The translations under genes were made by a program, and so were the position numbers. The notes under the pieces were generated by a model. The model was not told the DNA's origin. It saw only the letters and a list, made by a program, of their open reading frames with translations, and ran no database searches. 64,000 bases of DNA, taken from NCBI GenBank assembly GCA_025603075.1, contig MU626344.1, forward strand, positions 1 to 64,000, read 5' to 3'. The DNA comes from Neoconidiobolus thromboides FSU 785. Lineage: Eukaryota > Fungi > Entomophthoromycota. Within the stretch, counting starts at the first letter, position 1, and every line of letters begins with the position of its first letter. Of the stretch, positions 1-12,767 are shown piece after piece.

Positions 1-664
1 CCTATGAATTTTTTAATAAACTTTATTAGCATGTAGTATTAAAATTTTATTATTTTTTGGTATCTGAGTTTGGCATAAAAAATATCAACTATCATAATCA
101 TTTTTTACCGTATATAATGAAATATAATAATTTTGAATAATAATATAGAAGTTTTTTTGAATAAAAAAAGACAAAAAATAAAATAAAACAAAAACAAGGA
201 TAAAATAAAATCGTCTATGATATACTCGACAAAGCTCATAATATTTATTCGTTGTTACTTTTTTTACTAAGTTCTTGCACAATGTAATTAAATTGATTAT
301 TCTGACTGTGATAACCATCCATACCGGGGAAAAATCGATATCTTATCCAGCGCTTAAAGTATATATTCCCTGGATATGAAAAACTTTTGCATAATCTGTT
401 TACTTCTAAATTCCAAAAGTTTCGTCTCACTCTCATTTTATCTGTTCAAACAGTCAATATACTCTATTATTTCTACTGTCTTATTTAAAGTCAAGCACTA
501 ATCGATCTTTGATGATATCTGCTATAAACTATAACACTTTCTCTCCCTATTGGTGTTAAATAAAAGAAAGATACAAAACTCAGTCTGTAGTTAAAAGGAA
601 ACTTATACGCACATTTTGTTTGGTTAATTTACTTTTTAAGAAATGATATTAAATTATAGACATT

Positions 665-767
665 ACATGGGAATGTGTTTTGTGTTTGGGAACTTTATTA
701 ACAATTTTTCCGCTCAAATAGCGCTTGAAAAATGAAAGTGATAAAGCCAAAGAAAATACTTACATAT
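665..767 (+). mobile_element. 99-bp MITE family copy 1 (degenerate right end), including flanking 4-mers
   Basis: Matches the family consensus GGGGATGT..TTTTCC(G/A)CTCAAATAGCGCTT..CCCC; flanks ACAT/ATAT. Confidence 0.75.
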
Positions 768-1748
768 AAACATAATCATAGTTGTTACATCGAATTTAAG
801 TTATTTCCTTTATTGCGGTTAAATCGGTTTTCTGAAAGCATAAAAAATTGGATAGCATTATGCTAGTTTATTTTTATTTCTTAAAGTTTAATAAAGTTTT
901 ATTTATTTAAAAATTAGAGTATTTTATAAAAATATAAAACAGGTAAAGAATAATAATGAGGTAAAAAATACTCTACATTTCATAAAATATTTTTGTCAAA
1001 ACACGACCTTTAAGAAAAATGATTTTAAAAATTTTAATTTTAAGAATATAATTTAATATTCACAATAGTTTTTAAAGTATTAGCTTATTAAATCGTTAAC
1101 ATTAATAGATACTTTCAAACTGCTTTCAAGTTTTATAATATCTAAACACTTTTTGTTTATATTTTGTCATTGTTGTAAATATAGATAGCCTTCAATACCA
1201 TAAAAAGATCAAAATTTTGATACATATAAATTTTATTAACCGATTTTCAGTTTTATATTTAATGACGTTCGTATGAAGAAGGCTTTAGTAGAGCTCCACA
1301 TAATACCAGTAAGGGTATTATAGCATCATTTTAGCTTACAACTATGGGCAATTTATTTGCATACTAAAATTCAAGATTCTCGTAGCAAAGTGGTTTTCTA
1401 TTGTAAAAAAATACTAAATAAAAAGGATAGAAGGAGTATTTGATCTGATTCATAAGAGAATAAAATTTATTTTTATAGTATAATTTACTTGATGATCTCA
1501 CCTTTAATAAGATAATTGGCAACTAATAATAATTTACCCATTGATTAAGCGAAAAGTAAGAAAAAAATTAGATTTAGTGCAAAAAATTGGGGATGGTAAA
1601 CACTGCCGCGTCAAAAAGAAGGAAAAATAAACTGACTAAACCGAAAACTTAATTTTAGTACGATGATTGGTTGAAATCACGGATTATGGGACCAAAATCA
1701 GATATTTAAAGATAACAAAGATTGTCATAGAATGATAAGTTTTTAACT

Positions 1749-2580
<832 letters not shown>

Positions 2581-2735
2581 ATAAATATTTGTATAATTGT
2601 TTTAATTTGTAAATTTGCTATCTAATTTTAATTACTATTTTAGATTTATAATATTCTCAGCAATATAGTCGTTGAATTTCTTTTTTACTGTAATTTAAAA
2701 CTTAAAAAAGTTCAAGAAATTGTAAAATATTTTTA

Positions 2736-3482
2736 ATGAATAAAGATTTACATTGTCACTTGTTAAAAAATGGAGCAATACAAAGTACGTTTGATGAATT
2801 GTAAGTAAATAATTAAACTACATTGAGCTTTTGTATTTGACGTATTTTTAGCCATAGACAATTATTCTTATCAGATAATCAACAGAAACTATATTTCGAG
2901 AAAGACTTTACACAATTGTTTAGTCAAATAATGGAGGCAAGCGAAGACTGTAGTAATATAAAGTTGAACGAAGACAAAACAGAAACGGAAACAGAAAACA
3001 TCTTAAACAGAGTCGAAGCTAAGATGGATTTGATGGAACAGAATGAAAATAAAATTAATGAGATTATTAATAGTGAGGATTTTACAAAAGACAAAAGCGC
3101 CAATTCTATTAATGTTGAATCTGAGCTTGATCTTAGCCCTATTAAACCAAATAACAAGAAAGTGGTAAAGAAAAGGAATGGCTCAAATAGTAAAAGGAAG
3201 GTTTTATCAAATAAAGCTAGTAAAAGAACACCTACAAATAATGGCAATGGAAATGCTGCTCCAAATCGTGATCAAATTAAATCGAAGAATCAAAGAAAAA
3301 TTTCAGAAAAGGAGGAAAAGGATCGATTGAAGGACAGTGAAACTAAAATGAGTATACTAAATAATCATGATTTATTAAACAATATGTTTGATGTTCATCC
3401 TCTTAATTTTCGAGAAAATATGAATTGGACTCCTACAGATACTTTTATCCCATTCAAATTTAATGGCTCTGGTTTTATTTAA
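2736..3482 (+). CDS. 2-exon protein; N-terminus resembles the COMPASS Shg1/BOD1 domain, followed by a low-complexity K/E/N tail
   Basis: ATG at 2736 joins in phase 2 (TT|gtaag...ttag|C) to the ORF at 2916-3482, giving LLKNGAIQSTFDEFHRQLFLS...F...I.E, which resembles the Shg1/BOD1 KKxGxFDxxRxxL helix; by-eye match only. Confidence 0.5.
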
Positions 3483-3888
3483 GTTTTTTTTATTAAAGTG
3501 TTTACGCTTTTATTATTTTTTTATAAAATATATTCTCATAATTATATGTTTGATTGCAATAGTAAGGAATAATGGTTATTGAGTAAGTAGCTTAATGGTA
3601 ATTATATTACTCTTTATAGATAAATTAAAACTAGTTGGTTGAATTAAAATAGTTTCAGCTTTTATGAACTTTTATTAAACAAAATTATAATAAATAGTCA
3701 CATTTTTATGAAATAGCTTAGGTATTTAATACTTTAAAGATAATAACCAATTCAATTCTTTAATTACACACTAAATAAATAAGAACGTCATCAAAAATAA
3801 ATACAAAGCACACATTTAATTCATAACAGTAATTGAAGTACAGGAGTCACCACCTTAAAGGCTGGACAAATCATAAATAAGAGCATTA

Positions 3889-6359
3889 TCATCTAGATTC
3901 AATTTCTTTTACCCTTATATTTAAATTTGTAAGAAAGATACCAAAGTCGTCTTGATTTACCTCAATGACCGAATTTTTGAACCTAGCAAACTGTAGTTTA
4001 ACTTTAGGGTCATTAGCTTGCTGCTTGAAAGCAAGTGCAATTGGGTCCCTTGTAAAAGTAGTAAAATCTCTAACAGCAACAACTAAAAATCTATTACTAG
4101 ATTTATCTAAAGATGCAGTGACAATTGGCAAGCTCTTTCCTTTATCTGAACCATCACGGGAGCTGCGTTTAATTGCTTGTGATAAAAAATGACCGAGATC
4201 AGCAAGTGTATCTGGATGAATATAGGTTTCTGCACGAGGACTTTCTTTGACAAAGGCAAGGCGATAGGCATCAAATTCACACACATCATTATCTTTTAAT
4301 AATTTGAACCCTTCTTCCATAATCCCTTTTTTAATATGAATACTTAAATTGATACCTGCTTTAAGCAATTTAATGCTAAATAAAAGTTAAAACTTGGCTG
4401 GTAAATATATATGTATATTACTTATCAAATGCACTATAAGCGATCGAAAAGCACTGCTGATAAATCCCATCTAAATCAGTTTCATCCCCATCCCATTTCT
4501 CAAACCCTTTTTTAAGAGTTTCCAAAACCTCAGGAGCAACTTTGTTGGTAGCATCAAGTTTAAGTTGAGTGTCACCATCATAAAGAACTGTACGTAATAC
4601 AATCTCTCGATTCAGCTCAGTCAAACGCTCTAACATAGTTGGCGTAACCTAACAATATTATAATTTATTCAAGCAATTTTTTAATATTTACCTTTAATAA
4701 AGCTTCTATAGAAGCACAAACATCTGCAGCTTCAAGGGGCAAAATAGTGTTATATCCCATATGCCTACAAATAGAAGGATAGGTAAGATTTCGAAGTCCA
4801 TACTGAGGCGCGTATCCATTTAGTTTGTTCATTAAAGAAACTTTAATATCACGATCCATAGTAGGATAAAACAAACATGATTGGCTTAAAGATACACCCA
4901 TTTTAGCTAAAATATTATGCATTCGACTACGACCTGCTTCCGTCCATACACGAAAGTTAGTAGAAATTTCATTACTATAACGCATAGATTCATATAGGTT
5001 CCAATAATGCAAAGTCGGAAATATGAATGCTTCCTTAAGTTCGACTCTACCTTCAACATCTAGCTTGTTTCTTTGGTATAAATGCGAATCTTTACTATTA
5101 TCTTCGATCGGTAGAGGCGAAGGTGTTGGCATGGGTGCTGAAAGGATATTGAAAAGCTCACGGTCGTTGGTAGGGTCTTCTGGCTTATCTTTTCTCAATT
5201 TTTTAATCGCGTTTTCGGCGGAAACAAAAGTAACATTAGGATCAAAGTGTACTTCACTAACTGCCTTGGTGCCAGAGTTGCGTTGGATACGTCTATTCAT
5301 CACTCTACCTCTAAGAGTATTATTATCAAACGCGACAGTTACATTTTTAGTTATTGGACCAGAAGGCCTTTTTTTATTGGGATACATTTCTATATTATGA
5401 TTCTCCAATTTACGTTGAAACCAATCATAATGCATTAAATATTGATCTCTACTATGCTGATTAGAAATAAAACGAGATGTCAGTCCAATAGAAGCCCACC
5501 ATAAATAATCATCTTTTAAGGCACCTTGCCCTTCAGCCATGGTTAACATTAAGCATGAAACCGACATACCGTATTCGACCCCGGATGATTCATATCTTTT
5601 AATTAAATTATAGCTGTCCTTCCTTATTTTTTTACGAAGCTCTCTTTTTTTTTGCCTCTTTCTTTCAGCTTTGACTGGATCATCACCTGCAAGTTCATCA
5701 TCTGAGTCAGCCTTAAATGTCAAACTTACTAAATAAATTATAAAAGAATAATAAACTTACTTCATCTCCACTAACAACCAAGTCCATATCGTATTCATTT
5801 AGATATACTACACGATAGGCGCTTGACAACTCGGGTGTTATGTTCTCATCATTACCAATTACTTTAATTGAAGTATAATTATAAACATTGTGTAAGTTGT
5901 AAGGGCGGTGAGAATCAAAGATATAAACTTGGATGTCTTTGCTAGTCTCGAAAATACGGTATATATCGAGTCCTCCTCCGCAATTTATCAATATAATATT
6001 TCGAAGCTTATATTATTAATTAATTCTAGAGTATCAATTACAATTAACTTACGTTTTTGTCACCAACAATATAATCAGACTTTATTTTTGAAAGCATATC
6101 AGGCCTATTTATTGGTACTAAACGATACAAGATAGAGTCATTTCTCAACAGATCCTAAAAGGGTTAAATAATTGGATAGATGGATAAATTGGCTTACAGT
6201 TAATAACTTAGCGCTAGCTAAAGAGTCAACATCAGGCGCAACAACAATGAAAGTAGATATCACATTAAAGATAGCCTTTGATTTAATAGCATTGTATATT
6301 AACGATAGCTTATCGTCATTAAATAACCCCATATTTTGTATAAAATGTTTAAAGTACAA
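3889..6359 (-). CDS. CDC45: DNA replication initiation factor Cdc45, multi-exon
   Basis: VAPDVDSLASAKLL; LINCGG; FDSHRPYNLHN; LWWASIGLTS; WNLYESMRYS; WTEAGRSRMHNILAKMGVSL. Confidence 0.95.
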
Positions 6360-6450
6360 AATTAAGCATATTATAGATGACTAGAGCCAATCATTATTTA
6401 ATAAAAATAGAGCGAATCATTTATGATAATTTTTAAAGAAAACTAATAAG

Positions 6451-6714
6451 ACGCGCGAATCAAAAGAGCAACGAATTAACTTTAACAGATTTTAAATTAT
6501 GAATTTAACTAAGTTGAATTTTTTATAAGTAAAAGATCACTGTGTTAATATTCTAATTCAAACATTTAATCTATAAAACGAAAAGCACATTGGAATGTAT
6601 ACACAATTAATTTTATTACTAGCTTTTATGCACTCACTATAAATTCATCTACTTTTAAAAAGTAATGTTATTAAAATCGCGCATGCTACTCTACCCTTTA
6701 TTTTTCAAACGCGT
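6451..6714. promoter_or_regulatory. MCB/E2F-like CGCG elements upstream of CDC45
   Basis: ACGCGCGA at 6451, TCGCGC at 6677 and a perfect ACGCGT at 6709-6714, 90-350 bp upstream of a G1/S gene; CGCG is otherwise rare in the intergenic DNA here. Confidence 0.6.
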
Positions 6715-7160
6715 CCATTTTGACAATGATCAAAAATGTGTATTATTTGTTTTTATCATTATAATGTATCATTATAAAATAAATTTGTCCTTTGAATCCT
6801 ATTTCAACTATATTTTTGGGATTTGAAATACATACTTTAATTATAATCATTGGTAATATTGTAGGAAGTATAACGATAAATGCTACTATAATAATAGTAT
6901 GCTTTAATTAAATATTTGTACCATGGATAGCTATTTAAATACCATTACTTTCGTGCTGTTGTATTTAAAGCATAGAAACACTGCAACTGTATTATATAAG
7001 TTTTATACTGGGTTTTTATATAAATACATATTTGTGATAATTTAACAATCGTTTTATAAATATTACGTTTAACCAGTAGGTGCCAAAACTGGTCTATTCG
7101 GGTACAGTAAAGTTATTGTTTTTGTAAAGTTCAATACTCAGTAATCTATAAAATTCAAAG

Positions 7161-7265
7161 ATATGGGGATGTATTTTTGTGTTTAAAACTTTTACTAACA
7201 ATTATTCTGCTCAAATAATGCTTGAAAAATAGAAAAAATAATGAAACCAAAAAAAAGTACCATAT
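7161..7265 (+). mobile_element. MITE copy 2
   Basis: ATAT-GGGGATGT...; right flank ATAT (7262-7265) is shared with copy 3. Confidence 0.9.
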
Positions 7266-7370
7266 GGGGGGATATTTTTTTTGGTTTCATTATTTTTTCT
7301 ATTTTTCAAGCATTATTTGAGCAGAATAATTGTTAGTAAAATTCTTAGACAAAAAACATAGCCCTTATAT
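7262..7370 (-). mobile_element. MITE copy 3, inverted and abutting copy 2
   Basis: ATAT/ATAT flanks; internal 67 bp is the exact reverse complement of copy 2. Confidence 0.9.
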
Positions 7371-7589
7371 GTTAAAATAAGAGCTTAATTTGATAAATGC
7401 TAATAGTTTTGATAGCATGTATTATTGCAAATAATTATCTTACCGTTTTTGATTTAAAAAGTTAATAAATTTCAAATTATAAAATTGACATTTATCTTTA
7501 TTTATTCACAAAAATAATAATTTTTACATTATTTTTATTATAGACGTGTTAGATTTTTTTAGTATATATTATTTTTTGGTATTAGACTA

Positions 7590-9191
7590 TTATTTTAAAT
7601 CTTGCAGAAATTCTTGTTGCAAACCTTGCTTTAAAGCCTTCTCCTCTTCTTCTTTAGTTATATACCAGAATTTACATAATCCTACAAAAATCAAAAAGAA
7701 GAATGATGATATAGAAATAAAGATCCATTGCTTTGTAGCTGGATTGTCAAATCCTGCTAAAGCCATAGCCTCCTCGATACCTGAGACAATATAATTACCA
7801 AAAGCTACATTTAAAACATATACTGCCGTTGAAGATGCCTTAAGTTTAGGCCCGACTTGAGTATAGGCAAATTGAACTGCGGTAACACAAAGCATTGCTT
7901 CTCCAAGAGATAAGAAAAACCATTGGGGGATTTGCCATGAACAGTTAACACAACCAACGCATGAAACTTGAATACCGTCTACTTTAACAACATTACCCTC
8001 AGAATACTGAAGAACGGGATAGGTTAAAGAAGTAGAAATTATAAAAGCAAGTATTACAAAAGAAAACCCAATGATCATTCTATTTACAACTGAAATGGGT
8101 CGGCCTATTTTTTTGAAAAATGGATAGATTACATCTGATAATAACGGAACGAGGATAACAACAAATATAGTATTTAAATTGGCAGATGTTTCAGCACTCA
8201 TATAGAAACTATTCAAAAATGTTTGGTTCATCAATTCATACTGGTTTTGCCATTCTGTAAAAGCTTGATCATATAATAACCAAAAGAACATTAGTGGGAA
8301 AAGAATTATCATAACCTTATTTAATAGCCTAGTTTCATTAACTAAATCTGCGCCATACTTCTCTTTAGCAAAGTTTAAAAAGTGCCCTTTAGCAGCCCTT
8401 TCTTCAGGCGACGCTTTTGTATATTCATGTAAGCCAAGGAGACTAATTTTTAAGCATTTCCATGGTAAAAATTCTTTAACTGGAGGTGCTACAACGTAAT
8501 ACTTTTTACCTACGGCGAATAAGATGATGGCAAAGGCAAAAATTATTGTAGGTATGATATAGGCCAAAAAATAACATGGTTTTCCAAAGCATTCAACATT
8601 TCTAACAATAATTGGAGTAAGATAAGAGGCAATTAAGCTGCCTACACTAGCAATAATATACAACATAGAAAACAACCGATCTAAAAGACGAGTTTTTTCA
8701 GGGTTAATTTGGTCGCCAGCATGGGAAGCAACACTGGGCTTAATACCTCCAGAACCAATAGCAATTAATAATGATGAAAGAACGAAAGACCAGTAAGGAT
8801 ACTTGCCCATTTGAGCAAGAAGTCCATTGATAGAAAAAACACTTAACAATATATTTCCAATTAAATAAATAATGGAGAACAGGATTACGGTGTTATATTT
8901 TCCGAGATAAGAATCGGATATCATAGCGCCTATTAACGGAAAAAGGTAAATGAAGGCAGTAAATAAATGGGTTTGAATTTTTGATTGGACATCATCAAGA
9001 CCAAAACCAATTTTTAAGTAGATAAAGAGAATGCTTTTGATACCATAAAAGCAGAAACGTTCACCAAAATCATTAGCTAAGATTAAGTATATATATTTAG
9101 GTAAGCTCTCCTTTTGATCAGTTTCTTTCATTGATCCATTTTCAATGTGTTTTTCTTCATATTGAATTGAATCCGTTTTTTCAGAAGGCAT
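7590..9191 (-). CDS. POT/PTR2 proton-dependent oligopeptide transporter, paralogue 1 (intronless, 533 aa)
   Basis: DFGERFCFYG (ExxERFxYYG variant); ISDSYLGKYNTV; GSGGIKPSVASHAGDQ; LSLGEA. Confidence 0.95.
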   Translation of the reverse strand: MPSEKTDSIQYEEKHIENGSMKETDQKESLPKYIYLILANDFGERFCFYGIKSILFIYLKIGFGLDDVQSKIQTHLFTAFIYLFPLIGAMISDSYLGKYNTVILFSIIYLIGNILLSVFSINGLLAQMGKYPYWSFVLSSLLIAIGSGGIKPSVASHAGDQINPEKTRLLDRLFSMLYIIASVGSLIASYLTPIIVRNVECFGKPCYFLAYIIPTIIFAFAIILFAVGKKYYVVAPPVKEFLPWKCLKISLLGLHEYTKASPEERAAKGHFLNFAKEKYGADLVNETRLLNKVMIILFPLMFFWLLYDQAFTEWQNQYELMNQTFLNSFYMSAETSANLNTIFVVILVPLLSDVIYPFFKKIGRPISVVNRMIIGFSFVILAFIISTSLTYPVLQYSEGNVVKVDGIQVSCVGCVNCSWQIPQWFFLSLGEAMLCVTAVQFAYTQVGPKLKASSTAVYVLNVAFGNYIVSGIEEAMALAGFDNPATKQWIFISISSFFFLIFVGLCKFWYITKEEEEKALKQGLQQEFLQDLK

Positions 9192-9689
9192 TTATATTAT
9201 TGTACAAGAAAATCAATAAAAGATAATAATAATTTCAGCGATTAAGGAATTATTGTCTATTTATATATTATCGGGTTATTAAATTTACTATACAACAACG
9301 AAAGCCACATTATCTAAAAAAGATATATATAGGAAACTAATAGTTATAATCAACAGGTTAATTATTTAAAAGACAAGTTTTAAACATTATGACCAATTAT
9401 ATTAATTAAACGAACCAACCCCTATATTATTCTCCTGGATAAAAATGCTGCATATTTAGTATATTATGGAATAATTATTTCCTATTAATGTATTTGTTAA
9501 TTTAAAATAAACATCGCTTAATTGAATTACCACAATGTATGTTCTTTGGCTGCTACTTATATTATAATGCTTGTAGAAATAATTTGGATATTTTAAAATA
9601 AGGCAATAAAATCTGGAAGAGATTTTTCCGCTCATAAATAAACCATTTGATAGTTTTAAAGCACCCTTTTATCAAGATTAGAAAAGCAA

Positions 9690-9792
9690 ATATGCGTGTT
9701 TTTTGTGGTTTCTTACTTTTTCTATTTTCAAGTGCCATTTGAGTGGAAAAGTTATTAGTAAAACTCTTAAACAAAAAAATACATTCCTAAAT
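9690..9792 (-). mobile_element. MITE copy 4
   Basis: Reverse-complement match to consensus; flanks ATAT/AAAT. Confidence 0.8.
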
Positions 9793-10690
9793 TGATAAGT
9801 TAATAACTCCAAAATTGATAAAACAAATGTTCTAGATAACGTCATATTAATTTTAATATTATTGATATGTTCAGCAGCTTGATGTACTTGAATATTTTAA
9901 TACTTTTAAAAATGGTCTCAATATCTTTTGAATACATGGTCTACACATCGTTGTACTATTAATTGTTTCAAAAGGATATACAGGCCTTCAGTATCCGTGT
10001 TGAAACCTCGTCAAAAGCTAATTCGGACATAAAGTGATATTACATCATATGCTATAGTTTCGGATACTGATGAAAAATTTAACAATCTATGGGAATTAAA
10101 TTACTGTTTTTATATAAATTTTACTTTTTAATATTACTATTTATTATAACCAATTAATTACAATAGCACAATAAGAATAAATTTTAATACATTATAATAT
10201 TCAAGGGTTTGAACAAATGTTAAATTATTCAACTTGCGACAACAGATCAAATGTCTTTTTTATGTTCTTAGGAAAGTCTTAAAATTCAAATATTTTATTA
10301 GATATAAACTTTTTAAATTGCAAATTTACTGAGATTGGTAGATAAACCCAGTCAAAAGGTATCAAACTATTAAAGCTATTATTTTATAATATTCCAGTAT
10401 TATTTCAATCTTATCAAAAGATATTTGAGTCATTGTAAAACTAAATAAAAATGTGTAAAATACTGGGCTATATAATGAAATGTAGCGTTTTTGATGGCTG
10501 ATATATTTGTAGTAACTAAATGAAAAAATATAAAAATAGTATGATAATTATGTATTGGTTATATAAAATGTATATGTCTTATTTTCAACTTTGAAAATGA
10601 TGCAAAACACTAAAATTATCAGTGCTCAAATAAAAGATATCACAAAAATTTCTTCAAAATCAATATAGTGACTGACGAAAGTGAGTCTAT

Positions 10691-10797
10691 ATCTGGAGGT
10701 GTGTTTTTGTATTTAAGGATTTTACTAATAATTTTTCTACTCAAATGGTGCTCAAAAGATGGAAAAAGTGATGAAACCAAAAAAAGCATTACCATCT
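10691..10797 (+). mobile_element. MITE copy 5
   Basis: 99-bp body flanked by the non-palindromic direct repeat ATCT/ATCT. Confidence 0.9.
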
Positions 10798-11335
10798 ATT
10801 GCTTACTTTCTACTAGTATTTTATTAAATTACAGAGTAAAAAAGTAATGGACTTAATCTCAGTTCTATCCGTCGCTGTACTTTATGCTATTTTAAATAGT
10901 TATTTTTAACTCGAGAGTAAAGAAATATGATTAACGATACCATAACCCAGACCATTATTATTTGGATCAGTGTTTCTTATATCTATTGATAAATTGACTT
11001 TAGAAGGAGTTAATACTGCATTTATTACAGTGAATAGCTCAAATATCAATTTAATTTAGAAGATATGGTAGCATTTTTCGAGCATATAAGATATTAGCGT
11101 ACTAAAAATGCCCTTAGAAAAGGTAATAATTAGGATAATAAAGTATCCTATAAAAAAGTCATAATCCTTTGTCTTAGTATTATTTAAAGCTTACTTTATG
11201 TTACCTAAATTTATAAATAAAACTGTCTAACTATTATTAATAAAAGCTTCAAATGATTTCGAGTAACGATTGTTATAATAATTATATTTTCAAATTAAAC
11301 AGTTTGTAAAACTAGGTTGTCTGCTACCAATAGAT

Positions 11336-12165
11336 TTAAAAATAAAGGTTAAACAAAATAAAATTTTGACGTTTCTTTAAATAAAAAACAAACATTAAAA
11401 CTATACTAGAGTTCTTTATAAAAGCCTTAGATAATTGCAAGTGCACAAACACCATTTTTCTTACTCTTGTATCCTTCATACTTGAACAAATATCATTTAG
11501 TGAGTTAAATCGCTTGAAAATAGTGGTATGATTAGAATAATTGCCGAGCTTCACACATTCACTAAAATGGCCTAGTTACTGTAGTCTTATAAAAATCTAC
11601 CTTGGATCTTTTTAGTTTTATGGCAGGGAATGTAAAAATAGATTGCCCTTCACTATTATATAAATCAGCAAGTATGTTATTATATTGGAAAGCTGATATT
11701 ATATTGGCAATTAATTATGGTTCCGAATATACCATGGTATTATCTAAATTACTTCTTTGAACCACTAAAAGTATCCCACTGCCTTTCAATGAAAATATGT
11801 TGGCATTCTCTTTAGCCTTGTTATCATTGATATATAGGCAAACGGATGCCATATCATAAGGACTCTGTTAATACTTCCATAATTTGCGATTTGAAGTAGC
11901 TCTGTCACAAAAACATCAACCTTTGATTCGCTTGTTTTGACTTACTAGCTTCAAGTACGTCATTGATGTACATGATTCTGCTGAAGCAGTATTCCCAGTA
12001 CTAGAGTGCTTCATAGTGTTGCTAGAAACGTAATCAGTGTTAAGTACATTAGTTTATTGCCCAAAGAATTCAATTCCGTTTTTATGTATTATCTCAACGT
12101 TGAGTGCACTAAGATCAATTTTTGACCGATGGAATTGGTTTACATCTACGGGCTAAAGATACCAT
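11336..12165 (-). pseudogene. Frameshifted pseudogene of an uncharacterised fungal protein family with a restriction-endonuclease-like fold
   Basis: Collinear fragments in shifting frames: MVSLARRCK; DLSALNVEIIHKNGIEFFG; SESKVDVFVTELLQIANY; GILLVVQ; EP*LIANIISAFQYNN; FYKTTVT; SECVKLGNY; SSMKDTRVRKMV...KAFI. Confidence 0.65.
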
Positions 12166-12313
12166 CTTGAAAAACAAAACTAAATATCAGATCGTTGGTA
12201 TTTATAATCAATCTAGTCAGAATGGCGTAGAGCTTATATAACAACATTTCAAATTATTTTAAAATTTGGTGCTATATAAAAATGTATAAGCAAAAATACA
12301 CTAAAAGAATTAT

Positions 12314-12410
12314 TAGGCAACCATCCGATAACATCAGTAATTTACAAACAACGTTTTATTTTTTAAGATTGAAAAGTATCGTAAATTGCTGGTTTTTGGA
12401 CGGTTGCCTA
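12314..12410. mobile_element. Second MITE-like element (about 97 bp, about 35-bp imperfect TIR, TA at both ends), single copy in the window
   Basis: Left arm TAGGCAACCATCCGATAACATCAGTAATTTAC versus reverse complement of right arm TAGGCAACCGTCCAAAAACCAGCAATTTAC. Confidence 0.55.
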
Positions 12411-12767
12411 TTGTATATAGTATCACGTCATTAAATTAAAAATACTATAAATATAAAAACAATTATTACACTGTAGAACAATGCTGTAGATAGTTTAGTA
12501 TATATTTTAGGCTGTTTTTACTTAATACTCAATGTTTTTCTGTTTTGTTTTTATAAAGCTTACTAACTAAAATAAATATTATTAAAATATTCACTTTTTG
12601 GTTGATTTTGGAATTAACTAAATTGTATAGTTAAGTTATGCAAGTGTGATTTGATGAAAAAATACTTACAACTTCAAAAGTTATAAAACTTGCTAATACT
12701 TATTATAAAGTTTTTAAGTATTTTAGGATATAGTAGAAATAAAAAAAGTATTAATTAAAAAAAGTTT

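Noticed and set aside
85-436. Short minus-strand ORFs at the window start
   Set aside because: No recognisable domain or consistent splice model; could be a decayed gene but I cannot support a call
9800-11200. Possible decayed membrane-protein gene between PTR2 paralogues 1 and 2
   Set aside because: Only short hydrophobic stretches broken by many stops; no family recognised
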